From Planctomycetota bacterium (lineage in GTDB: Bacteria; Planctomycetota; JAJSAM01; JAJVHW01), in NCBI GenBank assembly GCA_965248445.1, contig CBDFJG010000004.1:1760001-1824000 (forward strand): a stretch of DNA of 64,000 nt, read 5' to 3'. This document shows, piece by piece, positions 47,664 to 56,670 of the stretch (positions within the stretch are counted from its first letter, which is position 1; each line of letters begins with the position of its first letter). The notes under the pieces were generated by a model. That model saw nothing but the letters and a program-made list of their open reading frames with translations. It searched no databases and had not been told where the DNA came from. The translations under genes and the position numbers were made by a program.

Positions 47664-49778
47664 ATGGCCAAGCGCACGCCCCCCAAGACACGCCGGGGGA
47701 AGTCCACGCGTGCGAAGCAGAAGGCCGCCTTTGCCGCCGAGTCGTACATCAATCGCGAATTGTCGATGCTCGAGTTCAACCGGCGTGTGCTCGCGCAGGC
47801 CAGGGACGAGTCGGTCCCCCTCCTCGAGCGGCTGCGGTTCCTGACCATCTGCAGCACCAACCTCGACGAGTTCTTCGAGATCCGCGTCTCGGGCCTCAAG
47901 CAGCAGGAGCAGTACGGCGTCAAGAGCAGGCGCTTCGACGGCCTGACACCGCTGGAGTCGCTGGCACGGATCTCCAAGACCGCGCACGGACTCGTCGAGC
48001 AGCAGTACGCGCTCCTGAACGACGTGCTCATTCCCGGGCTCGCGGCCGAGGGCACGCGGGTCCTGCGGAGGGACGCATGGAGCGAGCGTGCGAAGCGGTT
48101 CGTGAAGACGTTCTTCCAGCGTGAGGTCATGCCCGTGCTCACGCCGATCGCGCTCGACCCGGCGCATCCCTTTCCGAGGGTGCTCAACAAGAGCCTGAAC
48201 TTCATCGTGAGCGTCGAGGGCACCGACGCGTTCGGGCGCGACGTCGGTCTGGCAGTGGTGCAGGTACCGCGGGCGCTGCCGCGAATGATCGCCCTGCCGA
48301 GCGGGCGGCGCGGCCGCCACGACTTCGTGATGCTCTCGTCCGTGATTCACGCGCACGTGCGCGAGCTGTTCCCCGGCATGAAGGTGCGCGGGTGCTTCCA
48401 GTTCCGGGTCACCCGCAACAGCGACCTGTGGGTGGACGAGGAAGAGGTCGAGAACCTGCTGCAGGCGCTCAAGGGCCAGCTGCCGAGCCGGCGTTACGGC
48501 GCGGCGGTCCGCCTCGAGGTCGCCGACACCTGTCCCGAAGAAGCCGCTGACCACCTGCTCCAGCAACTGCAGCTGACGCCGGACGATCTCTACCGCGTCA
48601 ACGGACCCGTCAACCTGTACCGGCTCGCGCAGTTGCACGATCTCCTAGAGCGGCCGGACCTCAAGTACCCGCCGTTCGTCGCGGGACTGCCCCGACGCCT
48701 GACGCTCGGGCGCGACATCTTCACGGTTCTGCGCATCCGCGACGTCCTGGTGCACCACCCCTACGAGTCGTTCGCCCCGGTGCTCGAGCTGATTCGTTCC
48801 GCGGCCACCGATCCCAAGGTCCTGGCGATCAAGGTCACGCTCTACCGCACACAGAGCGGATCCCCGCTCGTCGAGGCGCTCGTCGAAGCCGCGCGCAAGG
48901 GCAAGGAGGTCACGGTCCTCGTCGAACTGCGCGCCCGATTCGACGAGGCCGCGAACATCGACCTGGCAACTCGGCTCGAGGAAGTCGGCGCCAACGTCGT
49001 GTATGGAATCGTCGGTTACAAGACGCACTGCAAGATGCTGATGGTCGTTCGCCGCGAGGAGCAGCGCCTGCGGCGCTACGTCCACCTCGGGACGGGGAAC
49101 TACCACACCGGGACGGTGCGCGCGTACACGGACTTCGGCCTCCTGAGCGCGGACCTGCGGCTCGGCGAGGACGTGCACCGGCTGTTCATGCAACTCACGG
49201 GCCTTGGCAAGGTGCACAAGCTGAAGAAGCTCCTGCAGGCACCGTTCACGCTGTTCGAGACGCTGCTGCGGCTCATCGCCGACGAGCGCGACGCCGCCCT
49301 GGCCGGCAAGCCCGCGCGGATCGTCGCCAAGATGAACTCGCTGTCGGAGAGGGACATCATCGACGCGCTGTATGCAGCGTCGCAGGCGGGCGTGAAGATC
49401 GACCTGATCGTGCGCGGCATCTGCTGCCTGCGTCCCGGCGTGCCCGGGCTCTCGGAGAACATCCGCGTCCGCTCGATCGTCGGGCGGTTCCTCGAGCACA
49501 CACGGATCTTCTCGTTCCACGCCGGCGGCGAGGAGCTCGTGTACATGTCGAGCGCGGACTGGATGTCGCGCAACTTGCACCGGCGCGTCGAGACCTGCTT
49601 CCCCGTCCTCGACAAGGCCGCCAAAGCACGCGTCGTCGACGAGGGCCTCAAGACCTACCTCTCCGACAACACGCAGGCGTGGTTGCTCCAGTCGGACGGC
49701 CGCTACCGCCGAGCGAAGCCGGGCAAGTCCGCTCCGGTCGCCGCGCAGACGACGCTGCTCCAGCGCCTCGCCGAGTGA
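47664..49778 (+). CDS. ppk1: Polyphosphate kinase 1
   Basis: NRELSMLEFN, NLDEFFEIRV, HHPYESF, ARFDE, GRFLEH, SADWMSRN. Confidence 0.97.
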   Translation: MAKRTPPKTRRGKSTRAKQKAAFAAESYINRELSMLEFNRRVLAQARDESVPLLERLRFLTICSTNLDEFFEIRVSGLKQQEQYGVKSRRFDGLTPLESLARISKTAHGLVEQQYALLNDVLIPGLAAEGTRVLRRDAWSERAKRFVKTFFQREVMPVLTPIALDPAHPFPRVLNKSLNFIVSVEGTDAFGRDVGLAVVQVPRALPRMIALPSGRRGRHDFVMLSSVIHAHVRELFPGMKVRGCFQFRVTRNSDLWVDEEEVENLLQALKGQLPSRRYGAAVRLEVADTCPEEAADHLLQQLQLTPDDLYRVNGPVNLYRLAQLHDLLERPDLKYPPFVAGLPRRLTLGRDIFTVLRIRDVLVHHPYESFAPVLELIRSAATDPKVLAIKVTLYRTQSGSPLVEALVEAARKGKEVTVLVELRARFDEAANIDLATRLEEVGANVVYGIVGYKTHCKMLMVVRREEQRLRRYVHLGTGNYHTGTVRAYTDFGLLSADLRLGEDVHRLFMQLTGLGKVHKLKKLLQAPFTLFETLLRLIADERDAALAGKPARIVAKMNSLSERDIIDALYAASQAGVKIDLIVRGICCLRPGVPGLSENIRVRSIVGRFLEHTRIFSFHAGGEELVYMSSADWMSRNLHRRVETCFPVLDKAAKARVVDEGLKTYLSDNTQAWLLQSDGRYRRAKPGKSAPVAAQTTLLQRLAE

Positions 49779-49879
49779 CCTCAGAGCGCGTCAACGTCTC
49801 GGGTGTGTCCCCGCTGCCGGTTCGTACGTCCTGATGCGGGGGCACGTGTCGCGCCCGTATACTCGCCGCGGAGAAGCTG

Positions 49880-50407
49880 ATGCACAGCACGGACACCGAG
49901 AAGTTCACGCGAGCCGACTACGCGCAGCTGCCGGAGGGATTCCCGGCATACCTGCTCGACGGTCAACTGGTTCGCGAGCCGGCTCCGACGTTCGGACACC
50001 AGGCGGTCGTCGGCGAATTGCATCTGCGTCTTGAGGCCGTCGCGCGGCACCGCGTACTGATGTCGCCGATGGACGTCGTCATCGATGACCTGAACGTGCT
50101 GCAACCGGATCTGCTCGTCTTTCGCGAAGGCGTTCGCGCGGGTCTCAGCACGCCGCCCGAGGAGATCCCGATCCTCGTGGTGGAGGTGTTGTCCCCCTCG
50201 ACGGCTCGCCGCGACCGGCGGGCGAAGACGGCGATCTACTTGCGGGCGGGCATCGCCGAGGTGTGGCTCGTGGATCCCGTGTCACGGACGATCGACGTTG
50301 TGACGCCGGTGGGCAAACGCCATCACGAGGCGGACGAAGCCGCCGTGTCGGCCGCCGTCCCAGGGCTCCGACTGATCTGGTCCGACATCGAGCGCGCACG
50401 CGCCTGA
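49880..50407 (+). CDS. Uma2 (DUF820) family endonuclease
   Basis: QPDLLV, VVEVLSPST, K..IY.RAGIAEVWLVDP. Confidence 0.88.
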   Translation: MHSTDTEKFTRADYAQLPEGFPAYLLDGQLVREPAPTFGHQAVVGELHLRLEAVARHRVLMSPMDVVIDDLNVLQPDLLVFREGVRAGLSTPPEEIPILVVEVLSPSTARRDRRAKTAIYLRAGIAEVWLVDPVSRTIDVVTPVGKRHHEADEAAVSAAVPGLRLIWSDIERARA

Positions 50408-50411
50408 GTCT

Positions 50412-51947
50412 TCAGTCCAGACGAAGCTCCACACCGACCTCCGCCAGGCGCTTGGACTCCTCCTGCAGGTCATAGCGAGTCAGCGGGTGGTCGTCGAGCC
50501 AGTCGTCCGTGAACCGGATCATGAGCCCGTCCGCGAACCCCTCGACGTTCGCCGGAAGCGGCGGACGCGGATTGCGGCCGCGGTTGAGGCGCCGGCCGAT
50601 CCGGAGCAGAACGCACAGCAGCAGCGCCCGCCGCGCGCGGTCGTCGGGCAGCGACGCGAAGAGCTCCGGCAGGACCTTGCGCCGGTGGCCTCGAACGATG
50701 GCGGCAAGCATGCGCTGGTCGCCTCGGGAGAACCCCGGGAGATCCGCGTTCTCGACGAGGTACGCAGAGTGCCGCTGGTACCCCGCCCGCGCTACGGACA
50801 TCCCCGCTTCGTGAAGACTCGCGCTCCATGTGAGGAGACGCCGGTCGATCGGGTCGTCGAGGAACCACGCGCGCCGCACGTGTTCGAACAGCGCGAGCGA
50901 CGTCCGCTCGACCCGTCGCGCGTGCTCCAGGTCGACGCCGCATCGCGCGGCGAGGTCCGACACCGAGCCGTCCCGCGAATCCTCGGTACGAGGATCGCCG
51001 AGCAAGCCGAGCACGATTCCCTCGCGGATGGCGGCCTCCGACGTTTCCATCACATCGAGATCGAACGCATCGAAGACGGCCTGCAGGATGGCGACTCCGC
51101 CCGCGACCACTGGCGCACGTGTGTCGGACAGACCGTCGATCTCGAGGTGTTGGTCGTCCTTCGCAGATTGGATCGACTTGCGTACCGCGCGCAGACCGTC
51201 GTGGGTCACAGGTCCCTTCGACCAGTCGTTTGCGACGCACATGGAGCGGATCGCGAGGTTCGTGCCCGATGAGCCGATGGCCACGTTCCAGCCGAGATCC
51301 GCGAACGGACGCACCAGGGGCTCGAGTTCGAGGCGCGCAGCCAGGCGCGCCTCGGACATCGCCGACTTGGACAATCTGCCGTCACCGAAGAAGCGCCGCG
51401 TGAACGAGACGCAGCCCATGTAGAGGCTTGCGCTCGCGAGCACGTCGTGACCCTCGCCGACGATGCACTCGGTGCTGCCTCCGCCGATGTCGATCACGAG
51501 CCGGCGTTCGGGGCCCTCGTCCGCGACGTGGGAGACGTCGTGGGCAACACCCCGGTAGATCAGCCGCGCCTCCTCGTCACCCGAGACGATCTCGATCGGG
51601 TGGCCGAGGATGGTCTCGCAGGAGGAGAGGAACTCGCCGTCGTCGTCCACCTGACGGAACGTATTCGTCCCGACCGCTCGGACGTCCTCGGGCGCGAACC
51701 CGCGCAGCCTCTGCGCGAACCGTCCGAGACAAGCCTCTGCACGCTGCGCCACCGTTGTTTGGATCCCTGTTTGGATCCCGCCGCCGGCAGTCAGCCCGGT
51801 GGCGAGCCGCACGCGCTCCCTGATCCTGTCCACGATCCGAAACGCGGCGCCCTGTCGCTCGGCGACGATCAGGTGGAAGCTGTTGGAGCCGAGGTCGACC
51901 GCCGCAACGGTGCGCTCCGTGTCCGCTTGGCCGCTCGAATTCGGCAC
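50412..51947 (-). CDS. ppx: Exopolyphosphatase Ppx/GppA
   Basis: DLGSNSFH, EEARLIY, DIGGGSTE, REG, HD-like LHEAG C-domain. Confidence 0.92.
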   Translation of the reverse strand: MPNSSGQADTERTVAAVDLGSNSFHLIVAERQGAAFRIVDRIRERVRLATGLTAGGGIQTGIQTTVAQRAEACLGRFAQRLRGFAPEDVRAVGTNTFRQVDDDGEFLSSCETILGHPIEIVSGDEEARLIYRGVAHDVSHVADEGPERRLVIDIGGGSTECIVGEGHDVLASASLYMGCVSFTRRFFGDGRLSKSAMSEARLAARLELEPLVRPFADLGWNVAIGSSGTNLAIRSMCVANDWSKGPVTHDGLRAVRKSIQSAKDDQHLEIDGLSDTRAPVVAGGVAILQAVFDAFDLDVMETSEAAIREGIVLGLLGDPRTEDSRDGSVSDLAARCGVDLEHARRVERTSLALFEHVRRAWFLDDPIDRRLLTWSASLHEAGMSVARAGYQRHSAYLVENADLPGFSRGDQRMLAAIVRGHRRKVLPELFASLPDDRARRALLLCVLLRIGRRLNRGRNPRPPLPANVEGFADGLMIRFTDDWLDDHPLTRYDLQEESKRLAEVGVELRLD

Positions 51948-52128
51948 GGACCCATTGTGGCCGTGGCTCCCCCATCCCGCGTGCACCCTCCGACCGGCGT
52001 ACCCGCCCGGGGCTATCCTCGTCAATCGGCGTGCGGGGCGGCACCGCCGGCACGTCCGCAGTTCGTCGTCAGGGCCAGGTCGTCGTCAGTGCCACTTCCT
52101 TTGACGGGCGCCGGCTCATGGAGGTCAC

Positions 52129-52401
52129 ATGTCCAGTCGCACTCTCAGCGTAGCGATCCTCTCGTTCTCACTCCTGGGCATGGCAGCGTGCACGAGCCCG
52201 CTAGCCGAGGGGAACAGGGTCCGCAAGGCCGACACGACGCGTGCCCCGGGCATCGTCTACAACGGCGGCGACGCGCAGGCCCCGCACGCGGGCGCCGGCG
52301 ATGCCGCCCCGGCGGCCACCGGCACCGACGGTAGCGCGGGAGGCAGCCGCAGCGCCGGTTCCGTGCGCGAGTACGTCGAGTCATTCCCGCAGTCCAAGTA
52401 A
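52129..52401 (+). CDS. Small hypothetical lipoprotein
   Basis: GGAGG RBS; LLGMAA-C lipobox. Confidence 0.6.
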   Translation: MSSRTLSVAILSFSLLGMAACTSPLAEGNRVRKADTTRAPGIVYNGGDAQAPHAGAGDAAPAATGTDGSAGGSRSAGSVREYVESFPQSK

Positions 52402-52435
52402 CCGCAGCCCTGCTGCTCGGCTCGCTCGGGAACCG

Positions 52436-52864
52436 TCAGATCAGAGCGCGCGCCGCGGCCACCACCGCGACGTAGCGAGCGGCCTTCCCCGTCGCCACGA
52501 GCACGAGGAACAGGCCGGTCGGTACGCGCAGCAGTCCCGCGGCGAACGTCAGCGGGTCACCCACCACCGGAAGCCACGCGAAGAGCAAGACCCAGCGGCC
52601 GCGCTTGCGCATGCAGCGCGCCGCCAGAACCAGCGCACGCCGCGACACCGGGAACCAGCGCCGGCGCCGCCAGCGTCGCGCCTCGCGGCCGAGCAGGTGG
52701 TTGAGCAGCGCACCGAGCGTGTTCCCCGCGGTGGCGACCACGACCAGAGGGACGACAGCGGCACCCTCGGCGGTGGCGAGCACGCCGAGGACGGCTTCGG
52801 ACGGCACCGGCAGGAGTGTGGCGGCGAGAAACGCGCTGCCGAACAGGGCAAGGAGTTCGCTCAC
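52436..52864 (-). CDS. YqaA/DedA-family membrane protein
   Basis: FLAATLLPVPSE, GNTLG, AWLPVVGDPLTFAAG, GKAARY. Confidence 0.88.
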   Translation of the reverse strand: MSELLALFGSAFLAATLLPVPSEAVLGVLATAEGAAVVPLVVVATAGNTLGALLNHLLGREARRWRRRRWFPVSRRALVLAARCMRKRGRWVLLFAWLPVVGDPLTFAAGLLRVPTGLFLVLVATGKAARYVAVVAAARALI

Positions 52865-52982
52865 GCCGGCATTCGATCACGAGACCGCCGTCACGCCGCC
52901 CCGGAACAATTCCGGCAGGCCGTCCGTTCAGGGGGCAGCCCCAGAAGGGCGACATGCACATCGTCCGGAGGTCTCGCTGTCG

Positions 52983-53384
52983 ATGAAGAACGCTCTGCTA
53001 CCCGCCGCTTTGCTGCCCGCCGTATTGGGGGCACTCCTGCTGGCGGCGTGCGATGCGCGCACCGAGACCGCCGCCGGAACCCCATCCGGACCGGTCGCCG
53101 TGCAGACCCCTACCAAGCAGGCCCCCGCGTCACCGGCAGCGGATCTCGTGACCGTCCGGCTCGCCGTCTCCGGCATGGGTTGAGGCGGCTCCGATTCCCC
53201 GCAGGTGCGGGGTGCTCTCTCCGACGTGCCGGGCGTCGTGTCGGCGCGCGTTAGCTGCGCGACGGGTCGTGCAGTCTGCAAGGTCGAGCCGGGCACCGAC
53301 CCGGAGACGCTCGCCGCCGCAGTGGACGAGGTCGGCTTCACGACCCGCCTCATCGGCACATCCACCGGAGCCGCTGGCCAGTAA
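52983..53384 (+). CDS. Probable selenoprotein: lipoprotein with heavy-metal-associated (HMA) domain
   Basis: LLAA-C lipobox; VRLAVSGMG[TGA 53181-53183]GGSDSPQVRGALSDVPGVVSARVS...LAAAVDEVGF reads through in frame to TAA at 53382-53384. Confidence 0.78.
53197..53212 (+). promoter_or_regulatory. SECIS-like hairpin
   Basis: CCCCGC-AGGT-GCGGGG, with the loop 19 nt after the UGA. Confidence 0.65.
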
Positions 53385-53431
53385 CTGACCCCGTCTGGGT
53401 GTCCGGAAGACCGGGCAGCCCGGCATCTTCA

Positions 53432-53460
53432 CGGAGGCCGCCCCGCCAGGGCGGCCTCCG
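53432..53460. terminator. Hairpin between convergent genes (probable terminator)
   Basis: CGGAGGCCGCCC-CGCCA-GGGCGGCCTCCG perfect 12-bp stem. Confidence 0.65.
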
Positions 53461-53469
53461 CCTATTTGC

Positions 53470-54489
53470 CTATTTGGCGAGCCAGGCGCCCACGCCGTCC
53501 GGCGGTGCAGGGAGCACGAGCGGAACGCAGTCCCGCGGTCGCGAGCCGTTCTCGTCGCCGAGATGGAGCGACATGCCCGGAGCGCCGAGACGGTCGACCG
53601 CGGCCCGCGCGATCCGGCCGAACGTCACGCGAGCGTTGATCTCGCCAACCGGGTGGAGCTGCAACGACCCCGCCGCGTCGCGATGCCGATACGAGTCGAC
53701 GCCGAATGGTCCTGAGTAGCCGAGACCCAGCAGCTTCTCGCCCACCCACGCCGCGCCGTCGAGCAGTACGGCGTGCGCCTGCGGATCGGATGGGAGCGGT
53801 TCGATCGCAGACACGGCGCCGCCGCCACGCAAGGTCTGCCGGTGGACCCCATCGATGCACACCCCGCCGGATTCGATGTGCGCCTCCACGCCGAACTCGG
53901 CCACGACGTCCATCCAGGGCTCGAAGACGAGAATGCCATGCGCAGCCACGAGCCGCTCGAATCGTGGGCGATCCTGATCGCGCAGTCGCAGACCGCTCCC
54001 GCGGAGCCGTGCGCGACCCGCCGTGCCGTGCGGCGCCTTGACTACCCAATGCCCGGTCGCCGATGCAGCCGCTCCGTCGGCGTCCAGGTGACGATGCAAC
54101 TCGCTCTCGTCTCGGATCGTCCGCGCGCCGGGCAGCGCACAACCGCGAGCTGTCGCCCATTCGAGTTGGGTCCGGCGATCGCCGGCACGCGCACTGGAAC
54201 GAACGCGGGTCAGATGAACCACCTCATCAGTGGCGCCCCATGCGACAGCCGGCTCGTCCGCCGATGCCGGAAGAGCACCGGACACGAACGACGCCCCGCA
54301 TCCGTCGAGTGCCGGCGCGATCCGGGCGGCGTCCACGGGTGCGCGCGTCCAGAGAGCATCCCCGGGTGCAGCCAGCACCGCCATCAGCGCGCCCAGTGCC
54401 GACAGACGCTCACGGAGCGGAGACTCGTGCGCCGGTAGGCCCGCCCATGCGCGCTCGCAGTCGAGATTGGCGATCAGGAGCGTCGCCAC
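53470..54489 (-). CDS. ATP-grasp-fold protein
   Basis: WVVKAPHGTAGR, FEPWM, GYSGPFGVD, EINARVTFG. Confidence 0.75.
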   Translation of the reverse strand: MATLLIANLDCERAWAGLPAHESPLRERLSALGALMAVLAAPGDALWTRAPVDAARIAPALDGCGASFVSGALPASADEPAVAWGATDEVVHLTRVRSSARAGDRRTQLEWATARGCALPGARTIRDESELHRHLDADGAAASATGHWVVKAPHGTAGRARLRGSGLRLRDQDRPRFERLVAAHGILVFEPWMDVVAEFGVEAHIESGGVCIDGVHRQTLRGGGAVSAIEPLPSDPQAHAVLLDGAAWVGEKLLGLGYSGPFGVDSYRHRDAAGSLQLHPVGEINARVTFGRIARAAVDRLGAPGMSLHLGDENGSRPRDCVPLVLPAPPDGVGAWLAK

Positions 54490-54497
54490 GGCGGCGT

Positions 54498-55307
54498 CTA
54501 CCCGCGGGGCGCGCCGCCCGGAGCGGTCGGGACCTCATCGGCCAGCCGCGCGATGAACTCCTCGTCCATGCCGGCAGCGACCCGCGCCTCGCGATCGAAC
54601 GTGCGTCCGCGGGCGCGGGACGGCCCATGCGGCGGTCGCACGCCGCCGACGAACGTGTCCCAGTCCGACGTCTGCGGATCCTTGAATGCGCGCATCCAAC
54701 GCCACGCGAAGCCGACGTGCCGCACTTCGTCGTCGTGCACGCGCTCGAGCACGCGCGCGGTCTCCTCGTCACCGGCCTCTCGCGCCGCGGCGATGTGCTC
54801 GACCGAGAAGTCGAGGTTGGCGTTCTCGAACGTCAGGCCCATGGTGCAGACGAACTCGAGAGGAGTATGCATGTCCTCCACCTTCCGCCAGAAGTGACCT
54901 GAGACGGGCAGGTCGCCGAACCGCAGAGCGAGCGAGTCCAGGCGACCCGTGTACAGCCGGCAGTGGCGCTGCTCGTCCGCCATGATCGCCGCGCAGCCCC
55001 GGCGGAACGCAGCCGGGGCCGCGGGGAACGCGAGGATCGCCCACGCGAAGATCTCCGCCGCCTGCAACTCGTGGTTGGCGAGCGCGTGCAGGATGCGCGC
55101 GCGCTGCGCCGGATCGTGCATCCCCTCGGGCGGAGGGACGCGCACGTCACCGCCCGGCAGGATATCGAGCAATGGCGGGCGCACGGGCTCGGAGTACCGG
55201 GTCGGCGGGCCGGGGTCCTGATCAGTGAAGTCGTTCGGCGGCGCCTCGAGCTTGCCCTCGAGCGTCGTCGCTTCGATCACCCCTGCCGCGAACGTCCGCA
55301 GTTCCAT
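54498..55307 (-). CDS. DUF455-family ferritin-like protein
   Basis: LHALANHELQA, DEQRH, FENANLD, DEVRHV. Confidence 0.85.
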   Translation of the reverse strand: MELRTFAAGVIEATTLEGKLEAPPNDFTDQDPGPPTRYSEPVRPPLLDILPGGDVRVPPPEGMHDPAQRARILHALANHELQAAEIFAWAILAFPAAPAAFRRGCAAIMADEQRHCRLYTGRLDSLALRFGDLPVSGHFWRKVEDMHTPLEFVCTMGLTFENANLDFSVEHIAAAREAGDEETARVLERVHDDEVRHVGFAWRWMRAFKDPQTSDWDTFVGGVRPPHGPSRARGRTFDREARVAAGMDEEFIARLADEVPTAPGGAPRG

Positions 55308-55362
55308 GGCGGAGAGGAGAACATGCCGTCCGCGCACCGCAGAGTCTCTACTGGGGGTGCGT

Positions 55363-56670
55363 TCAGGAGAGGACGTGACGCGCGGCGGCCTCGCTACGGA
55401 GCGTCTCCGCGAGCCGCGGGTAATACGCGTCGTCGAAACGCGACAGGTCATGCCCGCCGGCTGCCCAAGCCTGACCGCGACGCCACAACCGGACTCCGTG
55501 ATCGAGCGCCGCGGAGATGTCGTCTCCTGGTGGCGGCGCGTCCCGCGGGAGGAGGCGGCCTGCTGAGCCATAGTGGCACCAATGCCCGGCGGCGTTCGAG
55601 AGGTTGCGGCCCGAGACGGCGTATCGCAGGAAGCGGTCACGGGACAGACCGCCCCGCCCGCTGTCGCCACGCAACACGAGGTCCGCCCATGCATCCACGA
55701 ACGGACACCACACGCGCACCGACCGGAAAGGCTGATCCGTTGCGTTCAGGTAGAGCAAACGCCTGTCGCCGAGCAGCCGGCGTGAGTGACGGACCACGCG
55801 GTCGAGAGTCCGCAGGTCGTAGGCGACGCCATCGAGGTAGAGACCGTCGGGCGCGTACTCCTCGAGCACCCGCTCGATCTCGCGCAGCGGATCGCTCGCC
55901 CGGGTGTGCTGCGGACTGAGGTACAGAACGAGCTGCATTCCGGCTGCACGCACCCGCTGCGCGAGTTCGTCGTATCTCTCGCGATCCGCCGGCTCGTGAC
56001 GGCGGGTCCGCCAGCTCGCCCGACGGCCGGCGTAGCGACCGATGCGCGGCCGATCGGCCGGCGCGGCCGCGGCCCAGAAGTACGCGTGGAGCGCGAAGAT
56101 CCGGCAGTGGCGCGCTGCGCTGTCGATGACTTCCGGTCCCGGGTAAGCGGCGGCGGGAAACGGACGCGGCCGGCCCTCGTGTGCCAGAGGCTCGGCCATT
56201 CGCTGCGGCGAAGGAGGCCGTGGCGGGAAAAACGCCACCCACACCTCGTCGCCAGCGGTCGTTGTGCGCGGCCCCAGCGGATAGACACCGATGCCGCCAC
56301 GGCGGTCCAGAACGAGCCGGCTGCCACGTCGCCGCGCGCGGTACTCCGGCGGGAAGAGCGGCTCGACGCGTAGTTCCAACGGCTTCTCTGCCGAAAACTG
56401 CACCACGGAGTCCGGGCGCACCGTTGCGCGTACGTGTCCGAATCGCAGCTGCACCTCGTCGGTGTGGAGCTCGACGACGGGCGCCCCCGGCGCGGCGACA
56501 TGAACGCGCGCGAGTGGCCGGGAGTCCGGCAGGCGCGCGTCAACGTGCAGCACGCCGCTCCCGTCGAACCGCAGCACGGCGCCGGTAGTGGTGACCTCGA
56601 CGTCGGCGCCGCGGTGCGCAACGCGTTCCACGCGCATTCCCGGCCACGCGGGATCGGACGGCGCTACCAC
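55363..56670 (-). CDS. Hypothetical protein, possibly glycoside-hydrolase-like TIM barrel
   Basis: AAGMQLVLYLS, DGLYLDG; co-oriented and overlapping with the sugar-transferase gene. Confidence 0.5.
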   Translation of the reverse strand: MVAPSDPAWPGMRVERVAHRGADVEVTTTGAVLRFDGSGVLHVDARLPDSRPLARVHVAAPGAPVVELHTDEVQLRFGHVRATVRPDSVVQFSAEKPLELRVEPLFPPEYRARRRGSRLVLDRRGGIGVYPLGPRTTTAGDEVWVAFFPPRPPSPQRMAEPLAHEGRPRPFPAAAYPGPEVIDSAARHCRIFALHAYFWAAAAPADRPRIGRYAGRRASWRTRRHEPADRERYDELAQRVRAAGMQLVLYLSPQHTRASDPLREIERVLEEYAPDGLYLDGVAYDLRTLDRVVRHSRRLLGDRRLLYLNATDQPFRSVRVWCPFVDAWADLVLRGDSGRGGLSRDRFLRYAVSGRNLSNAAGHWCHYGSAGRLLPRDAPPPGDDISAALDHGVRLWRRGQAWAAGGHDLSRFDDAYYPRLAETLRSEAAARHVLS

